A DNA stretch of 64,000 nucleotides, taken from the NCBI RefSeq assembly GCF_023055435.1, contig NW_025963802.1, positions 6,944,001-7,008,000 of the forward strand, in the 5' to 3' direction. This document shows positions 51,028-64,000 of the stretch, in pieces. Source of the DNA: Haliotis rufescens (lineage: Eukaryota). The translations under genes were made by a program, and so were the position numbers. The notes under the pieces were generated by a model that did not search any database, was not told the DNA's origin, and was given only the letters and a program-made list of their open reading frames with translations. The stretch's first letter is position 1; every line of letters starts with the position of its first letter.

Positions 51028-53387
51028 TCTCTGAAGAATTCATAAGGGCGATAATGTTTCAGTTCCTGGATTATCTGTATAATATTGTTGTATATATTGC
51101 TTTTTGAGCTGGGAGTAGCGTTCACATATCCTTATCACACGGTATTCATCTTCTACACTCCTCTTATTTTTCTTCAAACATAATTCGCAATATCTTTCAT
51201 CATGAGGAATATTATTGTGTCTTCCAATCTGAACACATAATCCAAAAATATTACATCTAAATTTTGCTTAATGCCAATTAATATATTTAGTTATGTTTAT
51301 TGTTAGATAGTATTCAGTATTGTGAAGTGATGTATATTGTTTATAGTAGTTGCACTTTGATGAACTTTCCAAGGATGATAACAAAAAAGGTTTTATCTTA
51401 CAATCAAACAACTTAAATAACATATTTCCAGGAATATTTGGGTATTTATGCTGTAATTGAGCTTTAGTGGCTTTTGAAACAAGAGTATTTGTACATACTG
51501 TCAACCTAGTAGAAAACATAATACCTAAAAAATTATAATTGGTTGATGTCTTTAGTAGCTCTCCATCAAAATACCACTTCTCATAATGTCGTAAATAACC
51601 ACCATTTAGAAAAAAAAACTAATATTTCTGTCTTATCCATATTTATCTGTAAGCCCCATGATTTACTATATTTACATAAAATATCAATCTTTCTTTGCAA
51701 ACCAATAACACTGTAATCAAAAATACAGAAATCATCAGCATACAATAATAACAGGAGTTCCAAATAATCTACACCTATGTATATACCTCTTACATCTGCA
51801 TTTTCCATCATGGATTGAAATTCTGAAATCAACATTGCAAATAAAAACGGGCTGATAACACAAACTTGTCTGACTCCACTTAAACTATCAAAATAATCAG
51901 TAATAGTAGTGTTGGATACTCTTAAAGCTGCTTTTATATTCGAATACATATTTCTCAGTACAGAGAATAATTTACGATGAATACCTTTATTAATTATTGA
52001 ATACCACAGTAATTTCCTATTAAAAGAATCAAATGCTTTCTTGAAGTTTACATAAATAAAGTAAAAACGTCCCCAAATTTTAGATAAATACTTTTGTACA
52101 CGACATTGCAAAGTGAAACTATTATCCGTTGTGCAATAGCCTTTCCTAACACCTGCCTGGGCCACAGGTATACTGTTAAAGTGATCGGAAAAACGTTTAA
52201 GACGCCCATTTAGAATAGAGCCGAATAACTTCCCAAAAATATCCATCAAAGATATGTCTCTAATTATTAACACAGTCGAAGCTTCCTTTTTTAAAGAGTG
52301 GTACAATAACACTCTCAGCCCATTCTGATGGAAAATTACCCGTTGACAAAATAGTATTATACATAACTAACAAATATGGAATTAAAACAGTTCTGCAGCA
52401 TTGGATCATGTCAGCCGTAATACCATCTGGTCCTGCAGCTTTACCCTGCTTCAGATCTCTTATGAATGATTCGATCTCTTCCTGTGTAATATCATCATTA
52501 AGAATATTATTATATCATCATCAGTACAGAAATCACACAATTGTTCATTATAGTTATTTATAACCTAATCTATCTGCTCAATGATATCCGAGTCCACAAG
52601 TATATCAGTATGGTTTAAAATATTCAGTCTTAATATAATCAAACCAATCTTCTTGGCAAATCTGGGTGGAAAGAGGACCACAACTTGTCTTCTTTGTCAA
52701 TGCGATTATGTTGAATATTTAGAAAGAATCTCCTTATCACCAATAACTCTAAACTTGTCTAATACATTAAACTTTTTAGTCTTCATATCCTCACAGTCTT
52801 TATCGTAGCATTTTTTATCCAGATGTAAGTTTTGATTATCTAGCCCTAGAAAGTAATCCGCATGAAATAGAACTACTATGTACAGCATTGGTCAAAGCTT
52901 CAACAGCTAAATCAACATTCAAAGACAATAAATGCATAAACTCATCCATGTGAAGTGCAGACAATGACTCAAAAACAGTATGTTTGAAGGCATCACATAT
53001 TTCATTTCTCCATGTTTATCTGGGAATATTATTCACATGCATTGCATTAACATTATTGACCTGTCTATCACATCCATGGAGGGTAAGTAGGAAAGGAAAG
53101 TGACCTGATTCATAGCTTGTCAAAAAAAATAGTTGAGCATAGTACATAATCAACCAAACTAGCGCCACCTTCCTTAAAACAAGTAAATGATCCCCAGCAA
53201 ATCGTCCATTTACAATATGGACAGAAAAAACGTACTACAGAAGTCTACCAGATCCCTCCTGTAATCATTACACACATCATCTCTGGTACTGCGGGGCACG
53301 TCAAATGCATCCGATACATACTCCATGTCTTATAAACATGTAATAAATCTGTTGTTGTCGTCGATAATAAAATCTTTCAAATTACCA

Positions 53388-53666
53388 GACCCGTGAAGAT
53401 TCCGGGGTAGAATACATGTAGGTCTTCAGCAACCAATGCTTGTCGTAAAAGGTGACTAAGTTTGTCGTAAAATGCGACTAATGGGATTGGGTGGTCAGGC
53501 TCGCTGACTTGGTTGATGCATGTCATCGATCCCAATTGCGTGGATCGATGCTCATGATATTATTCACTGGATTGTCTGGTCCAGACTGTATTATTTACAG
53601 ACCGCCGTCATATAGCTGGAATATTGCTGAGTGCGGCGTTAAACGACAAACCAATCAACCAACCAA
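53388..53666 (+). mobile_element. SINE B, copy 4
   Basis: Same TSD; long form as in copy 3. Confidence 0.85.
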
Positions 53667-53810
53667 TCAAATTACCACACCGTACATTATAGTCACCAGG
53701 AAGAATAATTTCCCAATCTGGATGTTCATATAACACAGCAGACAAGCTTTTATCTAAGTACTCTAGACCCTTAGGGACTCTATTGTCTGTCATTACTAAG
53801 TACAAATGTA

Positions 53811-55049
53811 TACTGAACAACAAAAGTTCCTGTGACATTGAATAAGATTTAATGCAAAGTTATGCTTTTTACCAAATCTGAAACAATTTCGGTTTGCTAT
53901 GGATAAAAGACTCCTGTAAGTGTTCAAATGGTTTAATTTCCCATACAGACTTCAGAAAATGCGTGATTTCATCAAAAATAATCAAACCAATCGAATTACA
54001 TAATTGACATAATCAATAAATAAACATAATCAGTAGCGTGTGTGTCCACCTCTGGCAAGCAACACATCTTCGTTTCATGGAAAGGACCAGGCGTCGCACA
54101 AAGTCCTGTGGGATATCTGTCCATATCTGCTGGAGCATGTTTCGAAGTTCCTGCAGTGTCTGTGGAACACGTCGAAGGTTGTCTCTCCATCTCATCCCAC
54201 ATGTGCTCGATTGGTGAGAGATCAGGGGAGCGAGCCGGCCAGGGAATGACATTCACGTTGTTTTGTTGAAGAGAACCCTGAACAAGTCGAGCAATTTGAG
54301 GCCGGGCGTTGTCATGTTGAAAGGTAATGCCTGGGCCATGACGACGCAAAAACGGTAGAACAACAGGGCCGATGATCTCATCGCGGTAGCGCTGTCCATT
54401 GAGATTTATCTCTACCACTATCAAACAGGTCCTCTGTCATGCTGTAATCCCACCCCATACCATAACGCTGCCGCCCCCGAACCGATCTTCTTCCATGACA
54501 CAATGATTGACGTAACGTTCACCTCGACGTCGGTACACTCGAATGCCTCCATCGCTGTGGCTGAGGTGAAAACGAGACTCGTCAGTGAATAGAACTTGTT
54601 CTCAGTGCATGACCGTCCAGCGTGACGCTGTCTGCACCACTGTAGACGTGCTTGGAGGCCAGGGATGCTTCTTGCAGTCACTGTAGCTGGAAAGAATCGA
54701 CTTCGTAGGTGTGTTGTTCGAATCAAGTTGTCTTGTCGATTATTGGTTACACGTGGCCTGCCACTCCGAGGATGGTCTCTGACTGCATTCGTCTGTTGCC
54801 AACGTTGCCATAAACACCTGTCCTGTGGACATTAAATTGTCTTGCAACATCACGTTGACTCGATCCTGCTTCAAGCATATCAATGACTCGCAGACGCTCA
54901 TTTTCGGACAGGCGTTGTTTTTCGTAATGTTGAATAGTTACGTAATTTTGTTGCTTTTCTGAGTGGTTGTTGTCAGCACGATGCTAAACAATACTTGTTT
55001 GAAAAATACACTAAAATATTGGTGTCACAGGAACTTTTGTTGTTGAGTA
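53811..55049 (-). mobile_element. Tc1 element, copy 4
   Basis: Same insertion; ~170-bp deletion at ~54992 upstream of the transposase. Confidence 0.92.
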
Positions 55050-57328
55050 TATTAACAGGATGCACAAAACCAACAAGTAAATTACGTGTGAGATTATATA
55101 TACTCTTATCAAGTAACAGAAATATCATGTCTGTGTAGTCAATAATAACACGGCGCAGACCATGTGATAGTGAAGTGTGAACACACACAGACACGCCCTC
55201 TCGGTAGTTTACCCTCTGCAGTTCGTGTAGACACGGTACTCGGGGAACAAAGTCTCTATGCTTTCCTTTGTGCAGTGTATCTCTAGAAGACCAAAGATAC
55301 TGTGATCAGTGGAAATAAACTTCAATAAAACTTCATGATTTATTCTATCAAATGCCTTTGAAAAATCAACGAAGATGCTATAAAATCTACCATTAGTTTT
55401 TGGAGAGATATTTGTGCAAATGCCTGTAATGCCAAAAAGTGATCAATAGAAAAATATCCGGATCTAAATCCAGCTTAAGGGCTTAATATTCGTGTATAAT
55501 ATTATTAATGTCACACCAGGATTGTAATATTTTATCCAGAATATATGTCAGAACTTTGCACAGTGAGTAAATAAGAGATATGCCCCTGTAATTATCTGTA
55601 ATATAAAACAAGCTACATACATCAATGTTTGTTGATTCATGCACATGTCTATTTGTCGTTGAGAGGTCAGATGAAGTGAAATGAGGGTTAACGTCACATT
55701 CACTTCCCTAGCTACTCGCACTTTGTAAAGGGTCATGCGATTATTCATTTGACCGCTTACACATATGCTAGTTTGTCGCGGTACCTCATAGTACACATTA
55801 TCCTCGACAGTGGATATACATGCATATAGTGCTGTTCGTCCTTGATATTGCTTCCTGTATAAGGATAGAGTTCACATGGTCCAAAGCAGTGCTTCCTATA
55901 CATATATATAGTTCACATTATCACAGAGGGTGCCTCCTATACCCGCATATAGTTCGCATCGTCCATGCGATACCATGCTGCTGACCAAAGCCCTAGAAAC
56001 TCGCACAAGCCATGCTGCCAAACACGGCCACCCTTCCATCAACTTTCCACGAGCAACGTTGCTTAACGTCGCCTGATTTGTGACCTGTGCTTTGTACACG
56101 GGGTGCCGTACAATCAATAATGTGAACTATATGTACGCTAAGGACAATGGGGGTTATTATACATATGTAATTATAAATAAACATATATATACATATTAGG
56201 AAACTCTGCCTGGGACGATGCGAACTATATGCGGGAATAGGGGGCACACTCTGTGATAACTATATACACGAATAGCAAGCACTGCGTTTGTAGAAAGCAC
56301 TGACAGCGACAATGGGAAGTATATATATGAATAGGAAGCGCTTTCTGGAATAATGTAAACTATTTGCGTGTGTAGGAAGTACTTGCAGCGAAAATGGGAA
56401 GTGATATACGTGTATGGGAAGTACTGTCTGGCATAATGTGAGCTATACACTTAGTGAAAGCACTGCTCGGAACAATGAGATTGTATGGAACATGTATTGT
56501 TAGAAACAATATGTATCTAGGCCCTGGATACTATGTCATCATACCAAACATTAACACAAATGTGAAACGTATCAATGTACCAATCAGCCTACCAAACGGT
56601 AGATGAATAACACCAAACCAACAAATTAAGAGACAATGAATCAGAAATTCAAAAGAGAACGTGTTTATTTCAAAACGGTTGAAAAATTAACAAATACAAT
56701 TGATTGTTATATATGATATAACACAAGTATTGTTCAATATTGTTTCTAAGATGATATACGAATCTTCACACATGATCACACATATATTGATAGTTGCTTT
56801 AAGCACCACATCAACAATATATTATACAATATCATACAATGACAAAAAATAAGAAACACCTCCTTTATAGATCTATGAAATAGTGCAAGTCATACATATA
56901 GAATATGTTTATGTCCTTGACGAATAAATTATACAATGCCATAAACATATACTGCCAATAATAATGCTACTTGTATGCTTTGATTAAACGCTTTGATGGT
57001 GTAACTGATGGATTTACTAACTTAATTGGTTACCAATTCGTTTTGTTCTCATAAAGTGTAGGCATTATAATCAGGTATAATGTTAACTGACATTTCCGTT
57101 AATAATTCCAGCATTATTAGTGAAATGCCATACCTAAATGTACTTGGCATTACATATTTAGTATGAAGACAGTTGAACACAAATGTCAAAAATGTAATGT
57201 ATTCTGTGATTTAGGCATCTTACAAACCAGGACTAGTAGTGTGGGCTATACATGGTGGAACACCAAAATGCTATGTTTCAAGTCTTCGGGGTTTATTTGT
57301 TGAACTTAAGGGTAGGCCAAGCAACCTC

Positions 57329-60300
57329 TCATCTCCGCCATTTGGTTAAATCGATTGTTGGAAGATCGTTGCAGGGTATCAAAGGATTGCTGTGAAATAC
57401 AAAAATGTGTCACCCAGTTAAAATATTAACATTTCCGTCAGCATATTTCATATGATCTGGTTTGATATTCGTATCCTATATAACTGAATGAGCTTGAATA
57501 TGTTACATTCAAAGTGTGTCACGAGGTGTAAATGGATCCAGGATACAATTCTGATTAATGTTCACTAAATGAAGTACGCCAGACATACCCTGTCGCATGT
57601 TAATATGAGGTCTGTCTGTGCGAGATAATTAATTACTGACGAACAAAGGAGATGAATGTCTTCATTGCCTACCTTTCTTTTGAGAACACTGTAAAAGGAT
57701 CTCTTTGGATGGACTTCACTCCTGAATTCCTACAAAGAATTTTGGCAAAGCGCATTCGTCGGATCTCAGACAGTTGTCCTGAAATAGAAAACGCAATAAA
57801 TATTTATATATACAATTACTTCTGACAGCAAGAGAGTATCTTTTTTCCAAACTATTGTCAGTGAAACACTAAAACATTTTGACATCTTGAATTAGAAATG
57901 CAATAAAATTCATATTATGATATAACATTCTCATCTTAAAGGCATATTAAGTTATCTCATAAGTACATAGTTTGACATCAACAAAATAGTTTAACAAAAC
58001 ATACAAGCACACAGGAACAGACTGGACGGTACCTAATGTAAAGCCCTTTCTTGGATGGGATGTTTCGAACCAGAATGAGTCGCCATATTTCAGGTCATGG
58101 AACTGTTGACCAATCAGACAAGCGAGGAGAGGGCCCACTGCACCGCCATGCACGTGCTGTTCAGCTACTGCACCGGTGAAGACGTCGATGTCATCAGGGG
58201 ATCTGAAGCAAGAATACATAAACGTAAGGAGATCTTGAGAAATGTCAAATAAGGGTTAAAGTATCTTTATTTAATAAATTTGTTACAATAACTCTGTACA
58301 CATATAAGAGTAAATTAAATTAGACAAACCTGTATACACTTTTCAAAGCAGCTCCTGCTTTACCAAATATACTGTCATCAAATGAAGTCACTTCCGATAG
58401 CTGACATGCCTTGCGGAAGCTGTTGTATGATGGCAGGCCGTGGTCACGACCTCTCTGAATGTTCAAGGACACGATGTCAAAGCCATTATTGCCCGACGTC
58501 TCAAACAAATGCTCAGTCATCCCACTGTTGATGAATCGGTTAACCTCCTGATGTCTGTCCTTGAGGATAGCCTTCAGCACGGTGTCCAAATCTTTGATGA
58601 CCTCAGAAGGTCTGAAAAAGAGCTGTTCTATGGGTACACGTCGATCTCCGAGGGTCAGGAAACGTGGAATGGTGGAGTGGCCGTATCTGAAGGCGGCGGT
58701 GGCGAAAACGTTGTAGATGGTGGGGTTTTGGGTGAAGTTGTACCTGAAGCTGAAGCCAGGGGTCAGTCTGTACTTCCTCATGGCCAAGGGCCCAACAATA
58801 ATGGGCAGCCATTCGCGGTAGGTGACTTGTTGGATGATGGCTGACACGATCTTTCTGGCCTCCTCAAACAAGACATCATCAGGAGTGGTCGATGGCATGA
58901 CATCAGCAAGTTCTTTGACAAGACGATTGTGTTCGCGGACAAACATGGTGTGTAGCACGGCCAGACCAGGGAACACGTTCACACGGTCGTCACCTGATGA
59001 TGGAGTTAGTTATAAAGAAGGTGTGAAAGTGTTGTGAATTATCATTCGAAATGTACCAAATAGTCATGTGTGAAGTACAATATAAAAAGATTCTGAAAAT
59101 AGTACTACGGATACATTAATAATTAAGTTGTATTTACCAGCTTCAAAACACCATTCGTTGGTATTGCTTGTTCGACAGTTGCCTTGGTTGGATTCTGGCA
59201 ACAGGTTATCGCCCTTGGTTTTCATGTAGGCTGAAAAGTTGAATGACGACATTTATTTGTATATACCAATTTCTCTCCACGGTATTTGCCACATTTTAAA
59301 ATATTTGTTTGATCATGAATTATAATTTAAAACAAAATATTGCCTGACTTACGTCCATTCCTGAGGTGATTGATCTGATCCTGACTGAGTCCGTACACGT
59401 TAGAGGCGTCCACAAAGGACGTCAGTAGGTTCAACTGTTCTCGAGTATCTGGAAGTCACATGGTTTTAAATTAAATATGGATGTTATCATACAGTGTTGT
59501 TTATGGCTTTCGTTACTTAATAAGATGAGCATAAAAATAATGACAGAACAATCCTTCATTGAAATGAGGTAACCTACACAGCCTTGTATTCATATACTCA
59601 CTCCTTCCAGGTGCTGGGGCTGATCTTTTGAACTCCATGCAGTTCTTTTGGAAATGTCCTTCATTTACTGGCATGGGGATTGGGAAACAAGGACCACTGG
59701 AACAGTGAAATACAACCATTGTTATGATAATGTTTATGATATGTTATGATACACAAACACATGCTTATGATGTAGTCGGAATCGTACAGTAGACTTTTAT
59801 AATCATGGAAAAGGTTGTATCCCTTTCATCCTAATTCTAAACATGTATACAATGTCACGTAATTTTAAAGTTTATTATTTCTGATTCATTTATTTCAAAT
59901 ATCTCGACCAGTTATTTCCATTAACACAAACAGAATGATTAAGTGTGGAAAATATAGAATGTTAATTGCTTACCCAGCTCGTACATCAGAATGCATCTCT
60001 CCAGGTGTGTGACCATCGCAACATTTAGATTGAACATCACCTTGAAGGAATATGAGGATTTGTTAAGTTAATACAAAGATTTAGATGCATATCGTAACTA
60101 TTGAAATAGGTTCGAAAAATATGGATCACAAAAACAAATATATCACAGTTTGTCTGATTTCATCATCACACGTCTGGTCACTTTGATGGTCAGAGGGTAT
60201 TGGCCATTTGGCACCTACCTGCATGGAGAGGAGTTCCGGTGAGATCGTGGTCAACAAACTGCCCCCACTGCATCACCATCACCGTGTGGTCATCAGAAGG

Positions 60301-62420
60301 ACTGTCAACTCCCGGATGGACGGCCACACTGATGGCGCGTGGACTGGGAAGGGGATAACCATCAACGCCTCTCATTCGGGGAACGAACTTGCCTGAAAAG
60401 CCAAACCTTTGCTTTTAAAGTTCACTAAAGTATGGTTAGTTGTAATATTGATGGGGCATAACTAAATGTCTCCATTGGAATACTTACAAGACTTGCTTCC
60501 AAACGGTCTGATTTATTTATGAAAATCGCCCTGGTCATAAGCATGAAATAATGATTTTTAAGTTCTAATATCAATGTAAAGAAAGTCAGTTCTTTACCAT
60601 CATCATATGCAGGATCAATAAATCTCTTGAATGGTTGGTTGGTTGATCCCCAGGTTGGCCAGCGAGCATTGTTGCAACTTCCGTCTTTTGTCCGGTAGCG
60701 GGCGTCTTGTCTGCAGTCGATAGAGCGCCGTCTGTAAAAGTGAATGGTGTTATCAAGTCTAATGATAATTGGTGTAGGTATCAACTATATTAAACTCTCA
60801 ACCACAAACGAAGTGTCCATAGATGAGAGTTAGTACGAAACTGACCTGATGGTGTGTTTGTCTTGATACTTGGATGTGCTGATGTCTTCTATGGAAATCT
60901 GAGACGTCTCGGCGGCGTCAGCCAGTGTACAAACAACATACTTGTCTTCGTCATCACCTACGTCAAAGTAAAGGCATTAATACACTGCTTACTATCATGG
61001 GACAATTTCAGAGTACTTTAACTTCGAAAGTCTGATCAAAGGTCGCACCATCTGAACTGGATGATGTTCTATAGTGGATAATGATGTTTGAGAACGCGTA
61101 TCAGCAAAATATTTGTTTTAAATAATCGGAATTTGTCATCTGTATGTCCCATATGCAATAAATCCTCTGAAACATATGTATGATCAGATTTGTCAGTTAA
61201 CCCAATAGACAAATCATGGATAGTGATGCCGTTAATGTTGAATAATTAGACTTCTTACCATGCAGGAGTCTGAACAAGATGTCAATTCTGTTTTCTCTGT
61301 CCAGCGTTTGTCCATCAACTGTTCCTTGGTGGTCACCCCAAGTCGTTGGTGAAGTTTTTGTCGCACCCTCTAATAGGTAAATAAGTTCAGAGTATAGAGA
61401 AATAGGGTTGTTACAGATTATGAATGCAATCACAAAAACTTTCATACTTTGCCACCCCATATTTTGTTCTATTTAGTGGCGTTAAACGGGGTCTTTGAAT
61501 ATGTCCGGAAATATCAACACAAGTCATTTCACGTGCATCTTTCAGGGTATACCCAAACACATATTTATTCATCTTATCTCTTAATCTTAGAATTCAAGAG
61601 AACATCATTATCTCCAACAATCCCTTCTTCAAATGTGTACCCCGAAGTGTAACAATGTAACCGGTGTGAACTTACTGTTCGTTGATGACTCATCAGTGAC
61701 ATCGTCAAGGAATTTCGTGTTCATCTGATGATCCATTCCAACCAGATCTGATTGTATTGCCTTGACTGAAGGTAAGGTAGTTTTTAGTCAAACAACTGGT
61801 ATCACAAAATATAATATCCGTACATTAAAACATTCAAACTATATTTAGTGACATTGATTTCATCAAAGGTCCGTCTCTACATTGAAGGACTAAGCATAAT
61901 AGTAAGTAGAAATTTGGCATCTTTAACACAGATATCTCATTATTTCAGCATATTACATGATGCCAGTTGCGTGAGTAACGCCCAAGCAGATGAAACTAAA
62001 ATAGTATTATTCAATCCTTCACTATAGCTTGTCAAGATTTGGTTCATAATTTTTAAAACACTATACTCACGTTGCTCAATGACGGAATCTATGTGGTTAA
62101 CCTATAAGGGAATGAGTAAACATAGGTTAAATAATCGGTCTAGGGTAAAACAGATGTGATAATCTCAAACACCGTATGCCACCCGTTACTTTGAACATGA
62201 TGAGAGAAAGAAGTTTCAGAACAATAAACCCAGAGTAAGTAATTACATGACATTTCTTATATATACTGATTTTCTACAGACATTCATGACTAGCCAGATA
62301 AATACCAATACTGATAATGAGAAGAAAAGATAAAAGAAGAAACAAAACACAACCTACCTCTGTGTCCGCCTCTCCAGCAGTGACCACGGTCAACATACAA
62401 ACAAACAACACAACTTTCAT
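57329..62420 (-). CDS. Secreted heme peroxidase, copy 5, 15 exons, apparently intact
   Basis: Same exons at offset +55868 to +55870. Private changes RYRTMDG>RYRTKDG and FPITMP>FPIPMP. Confidence 0.92.
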
Positions 62421-63939
62421 CGTTTCTGCTTCTGTCCAGTACAAAGTGGGAATGTCTGATACACCAAAGATGGGACCTTGTATTTATACTCATATTCCTG
62501 GATTAAATCAACACAGATTACCCTAGAATTCACACTCCCCTGCTGGATATTATCCGACATATCTACATGGGGGAGCTAAACATCTTGGATTATGCGGAGG
62601 CAGGCTGATTATCCCGGAGCAGCGTCATCGCCGCCATTGTTCTTGGTGTGGTGTATAAACATCAATAACGAGGCAGTTGGTAACTGTTTCTCACCAGGGG
62701 GTATTATCAGAGGGCATTGTTGAGATTATATATAATAGTAACATATTAATAATAACTGAAACGGGAGAAAATGTAAGTTTCTTGTTTTTTGACTGAAAAT
62801 ACAAATAAAATAATTCATGTCTCCCAAAATCTCTATGAACTTCTCCATAAGATATGTCACATGACCCTTCCCTTGAGATATGTAGTTCTGTTAGCTTGAA
62901 CATCACAAAAACCTTATCAGTGTATTCGCTTTAAGGTTACTCACGTTTTTGTATTCGGTTTTGCTATTGTAATCGCTAAACAAATGTACTTTGAGAACAT
63001 ATATTCAGTACACCATCTCTTCCGAATTCATTTGTANNNNNNNNNNNNNNNNNNNNNNNNNNNNNNNNNNNNNNNNNNNNNNNNNNNNNNNNNNNNNNNN
63101 NNNNNNNNNNNNNNNNNNNNNNNNNNNNNNNNNNNNNNNNNNNNNNNNNNNNNNNNNNNNNNNNNNNNNNNNNNNNNNTTATAATTGAGATATGTATGTA
63201 CCACATAAAATGTACGACTGGACTTCGTGTTTATGAATAAGTGGAAAATTTGCGATTACATGCAATTGTCAGTTCCTATTAGCAATATCGATGATTGACA
63301 ATTAGTTTAAAAAGTTGATCCTATATGTATTATTTCATTACATTGAGGGACTAGAAAATCCTCCAGACACAAAACGTAGTGACCATTTCAATGCATTTGT
63401 CTCCCAGTACTTGTCTGCAAAGCTTGTCAAGAACAACTCGTGATGAGAAGCGGATTACCAACTGTCTCATTGTAATGATACCACTCTAAGAACAATTACA
63501 GTTGATGAGGACACGCCCAGATCAACACCATTCATTTATATAATCCCGGATTTGTGGTAAAAACAAGACTGTAACTTATCACGGATTATCATCAGCGACA
63601 GCGGATTACGGGATAATCTGATTTAGTGTATTCGGCAAACATGGTTGTCCAAATATGTAAGAACCATGCCCGATCTATCCGCTCTCATGTGCCAAATATT
63701 AATACAATCATTGCTTTTTAGAGCAACCTACATGTGCATCTGTATTCCTCTATAGCACGTTCAGTGTTCTAAATGTATCTTTTAAAAGTATATATATTCA
63801 TATACATACAATAATACGATACAATAATACGAATGCTTCAATATCCTGCATACACAGTTGTTGATATTAAATATTTGTTTTCCCATTTCTCATTGTAAAA
63901 CCTTAAGTTAAGAAAATAGACAAATGTTATCTCTGAAGA

Positions 63940-64000
63940 GTGAGTGAGGTAGTATCTTTTTTCGCCGCTTTTGACAATTTTCCAGCAATATCAAGGCGTG
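63940..64000 (-). mobile_element. tRNA-derived SINE A, copy 5 (cut by the window edge)
   Basis: Matches 8081-8141. Confidence 0.75.

Larger units (their letters stand above)
51379..55160 (-). mobile_element. Decayed LINE A, copy 4 (3' end removed by a ~1.04 kb deletion)
   Basis: 243-aa RT ORF at 51581-52312. The junction at 51378/51379 joins copy-1 equivalents 8607 and 9648. Confidence 0.88.
1..64000. repeat. Tandem array of a ~13-14.3 kb segmental duplication unit (about 4.6 copies)
   Basis: The sequence at position 1 (AGTTCACATGGTCCAAAGC) recurs at 14256, 28510, 42795 and 55869. The ORF track repeats almost verbatim at these offsets. Both array ends lie outside the window. Confidence 0.99.

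Overview
AT-rich animal genomic DNA, most likely a gastropod mollusc (the SINE families resemble those I recognise from abalone/Haliotis; this is inference). The whole window is a head-to-tail tandem array of a ~14 kb unit: equivalent positions are 1, 14256, 28510, 42795 and 55869, giving periods of 14255, 14254, 14285 and 13074 bp, about 4.6 copies. Each unit carries one minus-strand, 15-exon gene for a secreted heme peroxidase of the peroxidase-cyclooxygenase superfamily. I spliced it by hand to 688 aa: signal peptide, acidic propeptide, RRR site, catalytic domain. Each gene has a TATA/Inr promoter and a polyA signal. The rest of the unit is a co-amplified nest of dead mobile DNA (decayed LINEs carrying a Tc1 DD34E element and two SINE families with target-site duplications) and a fold-back element made of inverted arrays of a ~41-bp subunit. 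Copies 1, 2 and 5 look intact. Copy 3 has a -1 frameshift in the large catalytic exon. Copy 4 is the most diverged and has lost propeptide exon 3 in frame. Copies are mosaics of one another, and copy 5 is closest to copy 1. The upstream region has clustered GGATTA (K50 homeodomain) sites and a MITF/USF-type E-box. No prokaryotic systems, CRISPR arrays or true RNA genes were seen.
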